DNA of 20,000 bases from an uncultured virus (IMG/VR IMGVR_UViG_3300027708_000001) (Duplodnaviria > Heunggongvirae > Uroviricota > Caudoviricetes), in IMG/VR virus record IMGVR_UViG_3300027708_000001; one strand, written 5' to 3'. The notes beneath the pieces are model-generated. The model was not told the origin of the DNA, searched no databases, and saw only the letters and a program-made list of their open reading frames with translations. Positions 8,976 to 15,892 of the stretch are shown here, piece after piece. Position numbers and translations under genes: made by a program. Position 1 is the stretch's first letter. Every line of letters begins with the position of its first letter.

Positions 8976-9686
8976 TTAAGCGATCATCGAAAGTGCTAGC
9001 GCCACTTTAGCGGCAGACGTAGCGGAGTTTGACGGGCCAAACGGGATATTTACATCATTGCCAGTATACGTAAAGTTTGCTGCCGCGGCAAAGCTTCCAC
9101 CTGAATTATATTGGACTTGTGTATTTACCCCACTTGCAGAAGCTGTTTGTGCAACAGTCCATGTTGCAGTAACCCCATTAGAAGTTAATACGTAGTTCGC
9201 AGGGCCAATTGGAAGTGTAGTTAATGTATTAGCCGCTGATGCGACTACCATATCCCCAGCATTATATGTAGTAAGCCCAGTGCCGCCATATATAGGGCCG
9301 ATAGGTGCAGCGTTCCATACTGCGGACTGTACTGTACCCAGAGCGCTGACGTTACCATTAACATCAAGATTTACTGCCTTTTCCGCAGGGTATGTACAGA
9401 AAACAGTAGCAGAATTACCTACTAAATTAACAGGAGTAGTAGTCCCAGATGAGTTTGCAATTACAGTTACCCGGGATATAGTGTTTGGAGACCCCGCAGT
9501 AACAACACCATAACCCACTTCCCATATCCCAGAAGTACGGTCATATACTGAATAGTAAGTATTATTCCCTGAACCAACTCCAGAAACAAATGTCTGGTAC
9601 CCCGGAGAAGTTCCGTTGAGTGCAATAGCCCCAGTACCCGATGTGGTTGTTGTTTCTTGGACTCGATCAGCGATTACAAAAGCCAT
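8976..9686 (-). CDS. Short fibre with the same N-terminal anchor domain as the 1132-aa fibre (236 aa)
   Basis: Shares ADRVQET, TYY, WEVG, VTAG(T/S)PNT(L/I)SR and TVFCTYPAEKAV with the 2130-5528 product. Also has a fibre-type GGTG motif, a QVQYNSGGSFAA motif and a hydrophobic C-terminus (VALALSMIA). Confidence 0.8.
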   Translation of the reverse strand: MAFVIADRVQETTTTSGTGAIALNGTSPGYQTFVSGVGSGNNTYYSVYDRTSGIWEVGYGVVTAGSPNTISRVTVIANSSGTTTPVNLVGNSATVFCTYPAEKAVNLDVNGNVSALGTVQSAVWNAAPIGPIYGGTGLTTYNAGDMVVASAANTLTTLPIGPANYVLTSNGVTATWTVAQTASASGVNTQVQYNSGGSFAAAANFTYTGNDVNIPFGPSNSATSAAKVALALSMIA

Positions 9687-9697
9687 ATAAGGTTCCT

Positions 9698-10126
9698 TTA
9701 GCTCAATCGAAGTATGGCGTTCAACGAATCATTTGTTGGGAATGTAACCGTGAAGGTCGTTGAGCAGGTCTTATCTGATCCGAAATCTAGCACGCAGACT
9801 GAAGCATTAGTGGTGCTATTGTAGATGAGTGCACCCCTGCAAGTAAATGCCGCGGGGTTCCATATAACAGGGTTAAACGACACATACACAATATTACCTG
9901 TAGCATCGATGGCGGGGGGTATAGCTGTTAGTACCGCCCCACCCGCTGTGTATCCTGTACCAGAAACTTCATTAATAGGTGTATAAGTAGCCGTTGTGTT
10001 GTCTAAAGTAGCTGCACCCGTATATAGCGCGATCTTATATACATAGGGCGTGCCTATAGTGAAGTTAACTAGCCCAGATAGACAGTTTTGCTTAAACGCT
10101 GCGGTTTGTCCTTGCCTAATCGTCAT
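9698..10126 (-). CDS. Tail-base structural protein (142 aa)
   Basis: KIALYT...EVSGTGYTAGG...ALIYN...VLDFGSDKT motifs are typical of a widespread phage tail-associated family. ATGA overlap with the upstream gene. Confidence 0.75.
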   Translation of the reverse strand: MTIRQGQTAAFKQNCLSGLVNFTIGTPYVYKIALYTGAATLDNTTATYTPINEVSGTGYTAGGAVLTAIPPAIDATGNIVYVSFNPVIWNPAAFTCRGALIYNSTTNASVCVLDFGSDKTCSTTFTVTFPTNDSLNAILRLS

Positions 10127-11034
10127 AGCCCAACCTTAATTTTAGCTTGACCATCACGGTATGTATCACCGCGCTCAAGACCCGCGCTAAGACGTGCAAG
10201 CTGCCCAATAGCCTCTTGGTACTTATCTTCGTAGTACTTGACCATATCGGCTTCGCCTTTCATAAAGATAATAGCCTCGCGCATAGCTCCATAAAGAAGC
10301 ACAGGGTCATAGTTATCCCCAAGCCAGCTTTCACCTGCAGCGTTAGATACCGCAGTGACGGTCATTGTAAAGTTACTACCTGTATTACCTATGGACGCAC
10401 ATGATAATACGTCCCCGACAAGGTAAAAATTACCTCCGAACTGCAATGTAACTGAAGTGGGTTTACCATTAACTACAAGAATATCCCCGCTAGCATTCGC
10501 CCCACTCCCACCAGTAAACGGTACGTTCTGGTAAAGCCCATTAATATACCCCACACCGGAGGTAGTTATCGAGAGCGCACTGATCTGCCCTTGAACAATT
10601 GTGGGTGGGTAATAGAAATAATGTAACTCAACATTGTAATTTTGATCCGGTGTAGGGCCTACAATATAAGATAAGTTGTTAATGTTGGTAAATTGAGGGC
10701 CAAACAACGCATAGGCTCTAGGCACCCCGGTAGCTGTTGGGTTCGGGTATACCTCACGAATATAATTCGCGTCCTTATTTAACAGGTAATTGTAGTTACC
10801 ATTCTGGTCAATTACTGCTACAGAAAACGAAGCTAAATAATCACTAGGCAATGAAATATAGGGGTTATTGCCTGTAGCAACGCCCGTTACGTTTTTCCTA
10901 AGCGAAGGGATCTGAACTGAATTATAGATACGGTTTTCCGCTTCCTGTACAAATACAGGAATGTTCGCCACAAACAACGATTCGGTGTTTTCAGCGTAGG
11001 ATTGGATCGTATTATAAAGCAGTTCGTATTTCAT
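10123..11034 (-). CDS. Head-tail connector / tail tubular-like protein (303 aa) with an inserted Gly-rich domain
   Basis: Helical N-terminus (FVQEAENRIY), LPSDYL, GVPRAYA, GPTPDQNYNVELHYFYYP, and C-terminal WLGDNYDPVLLYGAM helices fit an adaptor architecture. Confidence 0.65.
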   Translation of the reverse strand: MKYELLYNTIQSYAENTESLFVANIPVFVQEAENRIYNSVQIPSLRKNVTGVATGNNPYISLPSDYLASFSVAVIDQNGNYNYLLNKDANYIREVYPNPTATGVPRAYALFGPQFTNINNLSYIVGPTPDQNYNVELHYFYYPPTIVQGQISALSITTSGVGYINGLYQNVPFTGGSGANASGDILVVNGKPTSVTLQFGGNFYLVGDVLSCASIGNTGSNFTMTVTAVSNAAGESWLGDNYDPVLLYGAMREAIIFMKGEADMVKYYEDKYQEAIGQLARLSAGLERGDTYRDGQAKIKVGL

Positions 11035-11285
11035 TACGCCATCGGCCCTCTAGACGTTTTACCTTTAGTAGCTGCACCATATCCACGCATTTCTATACCG
11101 GATGTTTTAGTGCCCTTAGAAGTACCGTAGCTAGGGCCGCTAGGAATAGGATCAGATAAGCTAGCTTCTCTAGCGGACTTATCTGTGGAGTATGTTCCTG
11201 ATTCCATTCCTTCAGTGCCACTAACTGTCTTACCAGCCATTGTATGAGGTTTCGCATACGCACTCGCAGGTTTAGTGTTCTTCAT
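11034..11285 (-). CDS. Small basic protein (83 aa) with a C-terminal RGYGAATKG motif
   Basis: Translationally coupled on both sides (ATGA, TAATG). K/S/G-rich. Confidence 0.75.
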   Translation of the reverse strand: MKNTKPASAYAKPHTMAGKTVSGTEGMESGTYSTDKSAREASLSDPIPSGPSYGTSKGTKTSGIEMRGYGAATKGKTSRGPMA

Positions 11286-11515
11286 TTCTTCTTGCCCCCT
11301 TGGTTAGACACCCGGGCTAAGTTACGACCTTCAGCCTTTGCTTTCTCACTAGTCAACCCGCCTTTGGCGAGCTTGGATAAGCTAGTACCTTTACCGCCTT
11401 TATGTTCTTGCTTGTCGTGCATCTTGAAGGCTTTCTTGATGAGCTTCTTATCTTCAGCTTCATCTTCCTTCATCATCTTGCGATCTTCTGCTTTATCCAT
11501 GTCTTTTTTAGCCAT
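11282..11515 (-). CDS. Small highly charged protein (77 aa) with HKGG/LAKGG/NQGG motifs
   Basis: Start revised to ATG 11515 (MAKKDMD...), which follows a GAGGT SD. Confidence 0.75.
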   Translation of the reverse strand: MAKKDMDKAEDRKMMKEDEAEDKKLIKKAFKMHDKQEHKGGKGTSLSKLAKGGLTSEKAKAEGRNLARVSNQGGKKK

Positions 11516-11523
11516 TTTACACC

Positions 11524-11958
11524 TCAAGTTGTTGATATTGTGACTTTACCCGTTAAACCTTTAGAGATCAAATCATTAGGTGTTAGGGTTGAGTCAAAGC
11601 CTCTTGCGCCACCTACGGGGCTCCACCCCCACTGAAATACCCGACTACCACCTTCGGGATACCCAAAACTATCTACATTATTCGCATTAGGATCGTATGG
11701 GTTTGTTAGGAGCCCACTAGCTCCAGACATGTAATAACTCGTATCAGGCCTAGGTTCAAATACTGCTTGCGGGTCATTTACCGGATACATACCCAACTGC
11801 AACTGCGGGTGGTCTGGGTTCCAGCACTGCTTACATACTTTAATACGATAAGGCTTAGTCTTTACTGTCTCAGTTCTAAGTTCTGATAGCTTGTACCGGA
11901 ATGCGCATCTGTCGCACTCCGCGATAGCATGTTTACCAGAAGAATACTTATTAGGCAT
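11524..11958 (-). CDS. CxxC...CxxC putative zinc-binding protein (144 aa)
   Basis: CDRC and CKQC followed by WNPDHPQL...PRPD. Confidence 0.75.
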   Translation of the reverse strand: MPNKYSSGKHAIAECDRCAFRYKLSELRTETVKTKPYRIKVCKQCWNPDHPQLQLGMYPVNDPQAVFEPRPDTSYYMSGASGLLTNPYDPNANNVDSFGYPEGGSRVFQWGWSPVGGARGFDSTLTPNDLISKGLTGKVTISTT

Positions 11959-11960
11959 GA

Positions 11961-12893
11961 CTACCTATAATACGACATGTTACGGGGCACAAAACGCGCT
12001 GTAGCCTTCTCGCGGTCTTCTTCCGCAGCTTGCTGCCAAGTCTCATCATACATAGCCTTCAACCCAATAATTCGGTTAGGGTCAACACCTTCAAGCTTTA
12101 TACTTAAATGATACGCAAGGCCAGCAACCAGTGCGGGCACTAAGCGGAATGGGATATCTTCAGTATTTACACCATTACCTGCATCTTGCATACGGCGTAA
12201 ACGATAGTACACAAAAGTGTACTGATTGCCCGGGCTATTTGGAGTGGGCCATACATTAACCGCAGGGAGATAATTTACATAAATATTCGTATTGATTGGG
12301 TGCAATATAGGAGTAGTTCCTGCTTGCCCCCGCCATGCGTTAACGATCTGGTTCCCCACAATATTCTGGTAGCCGATGGTCTCGTTGTTAATATTAATAA
12401 ACCCAGTGGTGCGCAACCCTGCCGTGGAATTAAGCAAGATTGTAGTATCTGTGGGGCCAATAGCCCCAGCTAGCGTCGTCTGAGCGACCGTAGGAACATT
12501 TCCCGTTTGGCGATCCACATACATCTGAATAGGTCTCCCATACGTGTTTTTATTTGGTATGGTAGCGTAGGTACTTTCGCTGATCCTATTGATGTTGATG
12601 TCGATCTGGTTTGTGGTTTGTCCATTATTTTGTCTAATAACTGCATCAAGAATATCTATAGTGTCCACCGGAAGTGGGTATATAGCTTGAAGAGTGTTCA
12701 ACACAATTTGATCTTGCTCAACGGTCCAAAGGTTAATACCTTTGTTTGCCCACTCAATTGTTAATAAATTAATTGAGCGCCGTGCTGTGCGGAAATCGTA
12801 ACCGGAACGTAGCTGCTTACCACAACGTTCAAATGCTTCCTCAACAAGTTCATCCATGCTGAGGTTAAATGCAGTCGTTCCGGTTGTAGCCAT
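11961..12893 (-). CDS. Head-tail adaptor / head-completion protein (310 aa) with an inserted beta domain
   Basis: LVEEAFERCG...ARRSINLLTIEWANKGINLW, GRP, VWPTP and DIPFRLVPALVAGLAYHL match a podovirus-type adaptor pattern. Position between head and tail genes. Confidence 0.65.
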   Translation of the reverse strand: MATTGTTAFNLSMDELVEEAFERCGKQLRSGYDFRTARRSINLLTIEWANKGINLWTVEQDQIVLNTLQAIYPLPVDTIDILDAVIRQNNGQTTNQIDININRISESTYATIPNKNTYGRPIQMYVDRQTGNVPTVAQTTLAGAIGPTDTTILLNSTAGLRTTGFININNETIGYQNIVGNQIVNAWRGQAGTTPILHPINTNIYVNYLPAVNVWPTPNSPGNQYTFVYYRLRRMQDAGNGVNTEDIPFRLVPALVAGLAYHLSIKLEGVDPNRIIGLKAMYDETWQQAAEEDREKATARFVPRNMSYYR

Positions 12894-12895
12894 AG

Positions 12896-13342
12896 TTAGC
12901 TAGCCTGTGCAGGTGCTACGGTTTCAGATGCAGTGATAGCAGGGACAGGCTCATTAACAAGCGCAGGAGCAGCCTCAACTACAGGGGTAGATTCTACCAC
13001 AGGAGCAGGAGCGATAGGAGTATCAACCACAGGAGCAGGAGCGATAGGAGTATCAACCACAGGAGCAGGAGCGATAGGAGTATCAACCACAGGAGCAGGG
13101 GGGGTAGGAGTATCAACCACAGGAGCAAGGGCAGCCTCTACCATAGAAGCGACAGTAGGAGCAGCCGCATCAGGGTTAGTATTGGGGGTCTTTGCGGCAA
13201 CATGGGCTTCTAGGCTATCAATAACGGGGTCTATATGCGCATGTGAATTAGCCCCAAATGCGTTATATAACTGTTCGCAACGGGCTTTAAGCTCTTTAAT
13301 CAACATCTCAGATTCTTTTTCTACGAGTTCAAATAAGTTCAT
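12896..13342 (-). CDS. Hypothetical protein (148 aa): helical N-terminus and Pro/Ala/Val-rich repeat tail
   Basis: ATGA overlap with the upstream 45-aa gene. PAPVVDTPIA repeats. Confidence 0.75.
   Translation of the reverse strand: MNLFELVEKESEMLIKELKARCEQLYNAFGANSHAHIDPVIDSLEAHVAAKTPNTNPDAAAPTVASMVEAALAPVVDTPTPPAPVVDTPIAPAPVVDTPIAPAPVVDTPIAPAPVVESTPVVEAAPALVNEPVPAITASETVAPAQAS
12996..13127. repeat. 30-bp tandem repeat (3 exact copies, 1 variant, 1 partial)
   Basis: ACCACAGGAGCAGGAGCGATAGGAGTATCA starts at 12996, 13026 and 13056, with a variant at 13086. Confidence 0.95.
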
Positions 13343-13476
13343 TTGGATTTCCTTTTAGTAGTGGTCTTGCCACCTTTAGCATATTTAGTAAAGTCGGTAT
13401 TATCCCTACGGGGCTTTCGCTTCCCCGTAGGCATTTTGGATGGGTTTATATCCCCCATTCCACGACTTGCTCTCAT
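13339..13476 (-). CDS. Small basic protein (45 aa, MRASRGMGDINPSKMPTGKRKPRRDNTDFTKYAKGGKTTTKRKSK)
   Basis: Not in the track and translated by hand. ATGA overlaps with both neighbours. Contains YAKGG. Confidence 0.8.
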   Translation of the reverse strand: MRASRGMGDINPSKMPTGKRKPRRDNTDFTKYAKGGKTTTKRKSK

Positions 13477-13880
13477 TTTGTTTTACCGCCCATGCACATC
13501 GCTTTTACATGATCATGATGCAGTTTATGCCCTGCAGCATGCTCTTTGTAATGCTCAGAATGATGTTTAATTTCCCCTCCCTTTTTAAATGATCTTGCCC
13601 TGCTTTCTCGGATATTTTGATTAGCTAATTCTCTTGCTTCTTGGTCTACTTGTTTTGCCCCTCTATCCATTTCAGGGGTAGTATCTCGACCAGCACTTTT
13701 TCTTAGCGCATAATCAAACGCTGGCGTATTAACACCCTTACCATTAGCTAGTCCAGTAGTTTGAGCCGCAGTTAATAGGTCATAGTTATCAGTAGAGTAA
13801 TCATAAGGCATCCCAATAGTATTTTTACCCCACTTTCCTTGGGTTTTTTTCAGCTTTGATACCCCGCTTTCGTCAGCCAT
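13473..13880 (-). CDS. Hypothetical protein (135 aa) with a His-rich C-terminus between FKKGG and MCMGG
   Basis: Start revised to ATG 13880 (MADESG...), which follows an AAGGAGA SD. Confidence 0.75.
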   Translation of the reverse strand: MADESGVSKLKKTQGKWGKNTIGMPYDYSTDNYDLLTAAQTTGLANGKGVNTPAFDYALRKSAGRDTTPEMDRGAKQVDQEARELANQNIRESRARSFKKGGEIKHHSEHYKEHAAGHKLHHDHVKAMCMGGKTK

Positions 13881-13890
13881 GACTATCTCC

Positions 13891-14487
13891 TTAGCACTTA
13901 CCGCCACGTTTCATACCCATGCCGCCCATCATAGCTGCACCGGGCATAGACACTTGAGTACCTTTAGTACGGCCTTTAGTTTGTACAGGATGTTCGCCAC
14001 GAGCCATACCGCCAGAGGACATCTTCTTGACCTTAGCTGCACCGCCGCACTTCATCTTTTCAATGCCGACCTCTTTACCAGAGTCACCAAAGTTTTTACC
14101 CTTGGTGTGGCCTTTCTTCTGCACTGCAGATTCGCCGTGAGAAGACTTCTTGTTGGAACCTTTCTCCACATCTTCCTTCATGTCACGAGGACCCATAGAT
14201 TCTTTCGCTTTCATAATTATTCCACCTTCCTTTTTACCTTCAAATTTGTTTAAATTAACATCTGGAGCACCTTTAGATGCACCCATGATGCTACCCCATC
14301 GTGTTTCTTGACGGTTGATCATACCCTTGCCGCCCCGGGTTATACCACCTGCAGCAAACTTCTTACCTTTATCGGCCTCAGAAAAGTCCTTACCTACTGA
14401 CTGAGATACACCTGCCTTCTTAGCAAACTCCTTGTTATGGGCGATTGCTTCCATGAATCGGTGTTGTTTAGCTGATTTACTAGGCAT
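13891..14487 (-). CDS. Lys/Gly/Met-rich basic protein (198 aa) with multiple xxGG motifs
   Basis: MPSKSAKQHRFMEAIAHN N-terminus. Contains FAAGG, ITRGG, KKEGG, MKCGG, MSSGG, AMMGG and MKRGG. TAATG coupling. Confidence 0.8.
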   Translation of the reverse strand: MPSKSAKQHRFMEAIAHNKEFAKKAGVSQSVGKDFSEADKGKKFAAGGITRGGKGMINRQETRWGSIMGASKGAPDVNLNKFEGKKEGGIIMKAKESMGPRDMKEDVEKGSNKKSSHGESAVQKKGHTKGKNFGDSGKEVGIEKMKCGGAAKVKKMSSGGMARGEHPVQTKGRTKGTQVSMPGAAMMGGMGMKRGGKC

Positions 14488-14756
14488 TATTTACAGTTCC
14501 ATCTTTTAAGTGAAGCTGCCTTACGTGTGGGTCTACCCTTCTCGTCCTTCATGGGTCCGGGCATCCCCGACATACGTGCGCAAAAAGACTTACGTCTACC
14601 TGCATCCTTCTCTGTTTTAGGGTGTGGGGCGGGAGCCTTTAAATTGCTCCCCGTTGCTGCATTGTATTTAGCACGCCCCTTTGCAGTCAGCCCCGCTCCT
14701 TTTGAGACCGGAAGCTTTTCGCCCTTCCCTACGGATAAAGATGTAGTTTTAGCCAT
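14487..14756 (-). CDS. Small basic protein, DUF6321-like (89 aa)
   Basis: GLTAKGRAKYN...NLKAP...RRKSFCARMSG...LKRWNC recognised from memory as a DUF6321-type sequence. Confidence 0.75.
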   Translation of the reverse strand: MAKTTSLSVGKGEKLPVSKGAGLTAKGRAKYNAATGSNLKAPAPHPKTEKDAGRRKSFCARMSGMPGPMKDEKGRPTRKAASLKRWNCK

Positions 14757-15036
14757 AACAGATTGTGCATGCCGCTATGTTAGTTAACGAGGCATAAATA
14801 CCGTTAGCTGCAAGGATACCTTCCCCGGGTAGAGTCACAATATAAGGTGTTGCTAATGCTGGAACATCATACTGCCAAAGAATAGTGCCGCTAGCAGCGG
14901 AAGCATTATCGTATAACGCAAGGGTCCCTGCGGAACCAGTGCTTGTAAATACAACCTGCTTTAACCGTGTACGCCCATTCACTAAAGATGCAGAAGTGTT
15001 GGTGTGTGCGGACTTAACATCATATTGCACTGTCAT
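14749..15036 (-). CDS. Small virion protein (95 aa)
   Basis: DVKS...RTRLK...LPGEGIL...GIY. SD AAGGGG, and it follows the UUCG hairpin. Confidence 0.75.
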   Translation of the reverse strand: MTVQYDVKSAHTNTSASLVNGRTRLKQVVFTSTGSAGTLALYDNASAASGTILWQYDVPALATPYIVTLPGEGILAANGIYASLTNIAACTICYG

Positions 15037-15052
15037 AATAAATCCCCTTACG

Positions 15053-15071
15053 AAAGGGGGCCGAAGCCCCC
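15053..15071 (-). terminator. UUCG hairpin with a short U-tract (weak terminator or mRNA stabiliser)
   Basis: Minus strand GGGGGC-UUCG-GCCCCC-UUU directly after the stop at 15079. Confidence 0.65.
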
Positions 15072-15078
15072 CGATCTA

Positions 15079-15780
15079 TTAGTCAAAGTTACCGTAAGGG
15101 TAAGTATTGATATTGCCGATGTTGTAGTCAGCCTGAGTGTAGCGCAAGGTGATGCTAACTTGTCCTGCGTTTACTGAGGTCAAACCAGATGCAGTCATAG
15201 CTAAAGTCACAACAACTTGTGAGAAGAACTTAGGACCTTGACCAATGTTGATGTTCTGCACGTCTTGCAAGGTGCCATTGATGTTGTCTAACTGGGTAGT
15301 AGTGTAGGTAGCGTAGCTACGTCCAGCGCCTGTAATTGCAGCGAATGTACCGTAAATACCAGCAGAAGTAGTGAACTGGTTAGATACATAGGGCTGAATG
15401 GAGGTAACTGGGTGAGAGCCATCAGTGGGAATTAAACCTTGATCGATAATAATATCAGTGATGTTGGAGCCCCAAGGCAATAAGAAAGACACGCCACGAT
15501 AGTTTGTACCTGTAGTATCAGCAGTGGGTGCTGAAGCAACAACTGGACCTGATTGACTATAAGCACCGTTCTGGGGGACCCAGATAGTCGCAGTGTTGTT
15601 AGGAATGTTGTTTGAGCTAACAAACGTACCAGAGCCGCCACCATAGTTGGTGGTGCCAGCAACAGTGTTAGAGAAGTCTAAAAACGCGTTCTGAACCATC
15701 TGTGCGTATCCAACGTTACGTTGGGGTCCAAAACGCTGTTCGCCCGCAATAATCGGGCCTGAGAATGTACTACGTGCCAT
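15079..15780 (-). CDS. Putative head decoration / head-fibre protein (233 aa)
   Basis: Start revised to ATG 15780 (MARSTFSGPI...), which follows an AAGGA SD. Beta-rich, with a LLPWGSNITDIIID motif. First structural gene after the capsid and endonuclease. Confidence 0.65.
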   Translation of the reverse strand: MARSTFSGPIIAGEQRFGPQRNVGYAQMVQNAFLDFSNTVAGTTNYGGGSGTFVSSNNIPNNTATIWVPQNGAYSQSGPVVASAPTADTTGTNYRGVSFLLPWGSNITDIIIDQGLIPTDGSHPVTSIQPYVSNQFTTSAGIYGTFAAITGAGRSYATYTTTQLDNINGTLQDVQNINIGQGPKFFSQVVVTLAMTASGLTSVNAGQVSITLRYTQADYNIGNINTYPYGNFD

Positions 15781-15788
15781 GATAAATA

Positions 15789-15862
15789 TCCTTATGCAAA
15801 AGTTCCTCACCAATCGTTGCATCGTCTGCTAGGGCAGTGGCGGTAAGGTTGAATCCCTAGAT
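15789..15862 (-). ncRNA. Structured RNA with three interlocked helices, probably the Mu-gpT-DE motif
   Basis: P1 CUAGGG(15860-15855)/CCCUAG(15834-15829). P2 CCUUACCG(15848-15841)/UGGUGAGG(15812-15805). P3 AUGCAA(15822-15817)/UUGCAU(15799-15794). Location downstream of a gpT-like capsid gene and upstream of an unknown gene matches the described Mu-gpT-DE context. Identity not confirmed by a covariance search. Confidence 0.65.
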
Positions 15863-15892
15863 AAAAGAAGTGTACTACAAATTGATTCTATA

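Noticed and set aside
12996..13127. 30-bp repeats as a possible CRISPR array (also the 45- and 60-bp repeats)
   Set aside because: They are head-to-tail with no unique spacers, their lengths are multiples of 3, and they lie inside coding sequence.
1108..15662. Short alternative-frame - strand ORFs (1108-1314, 4319-4525, 4529-4735, 7760-8050, 12275-12460, 15432-15662)
   Set aside because: They are nested out of frame in longer genes, and their repetitiveness only mirrors the host gene's DNA repeats.
15781..15822. ORF-track N-terminal extension MQRLVRNFCIRIFI (similarly the extensions starting at 16654, 13907 and 11527)
   Set aside because: The downstream ATGs have clear SD sequences, and the 15822 extension runs through the structured RNA.
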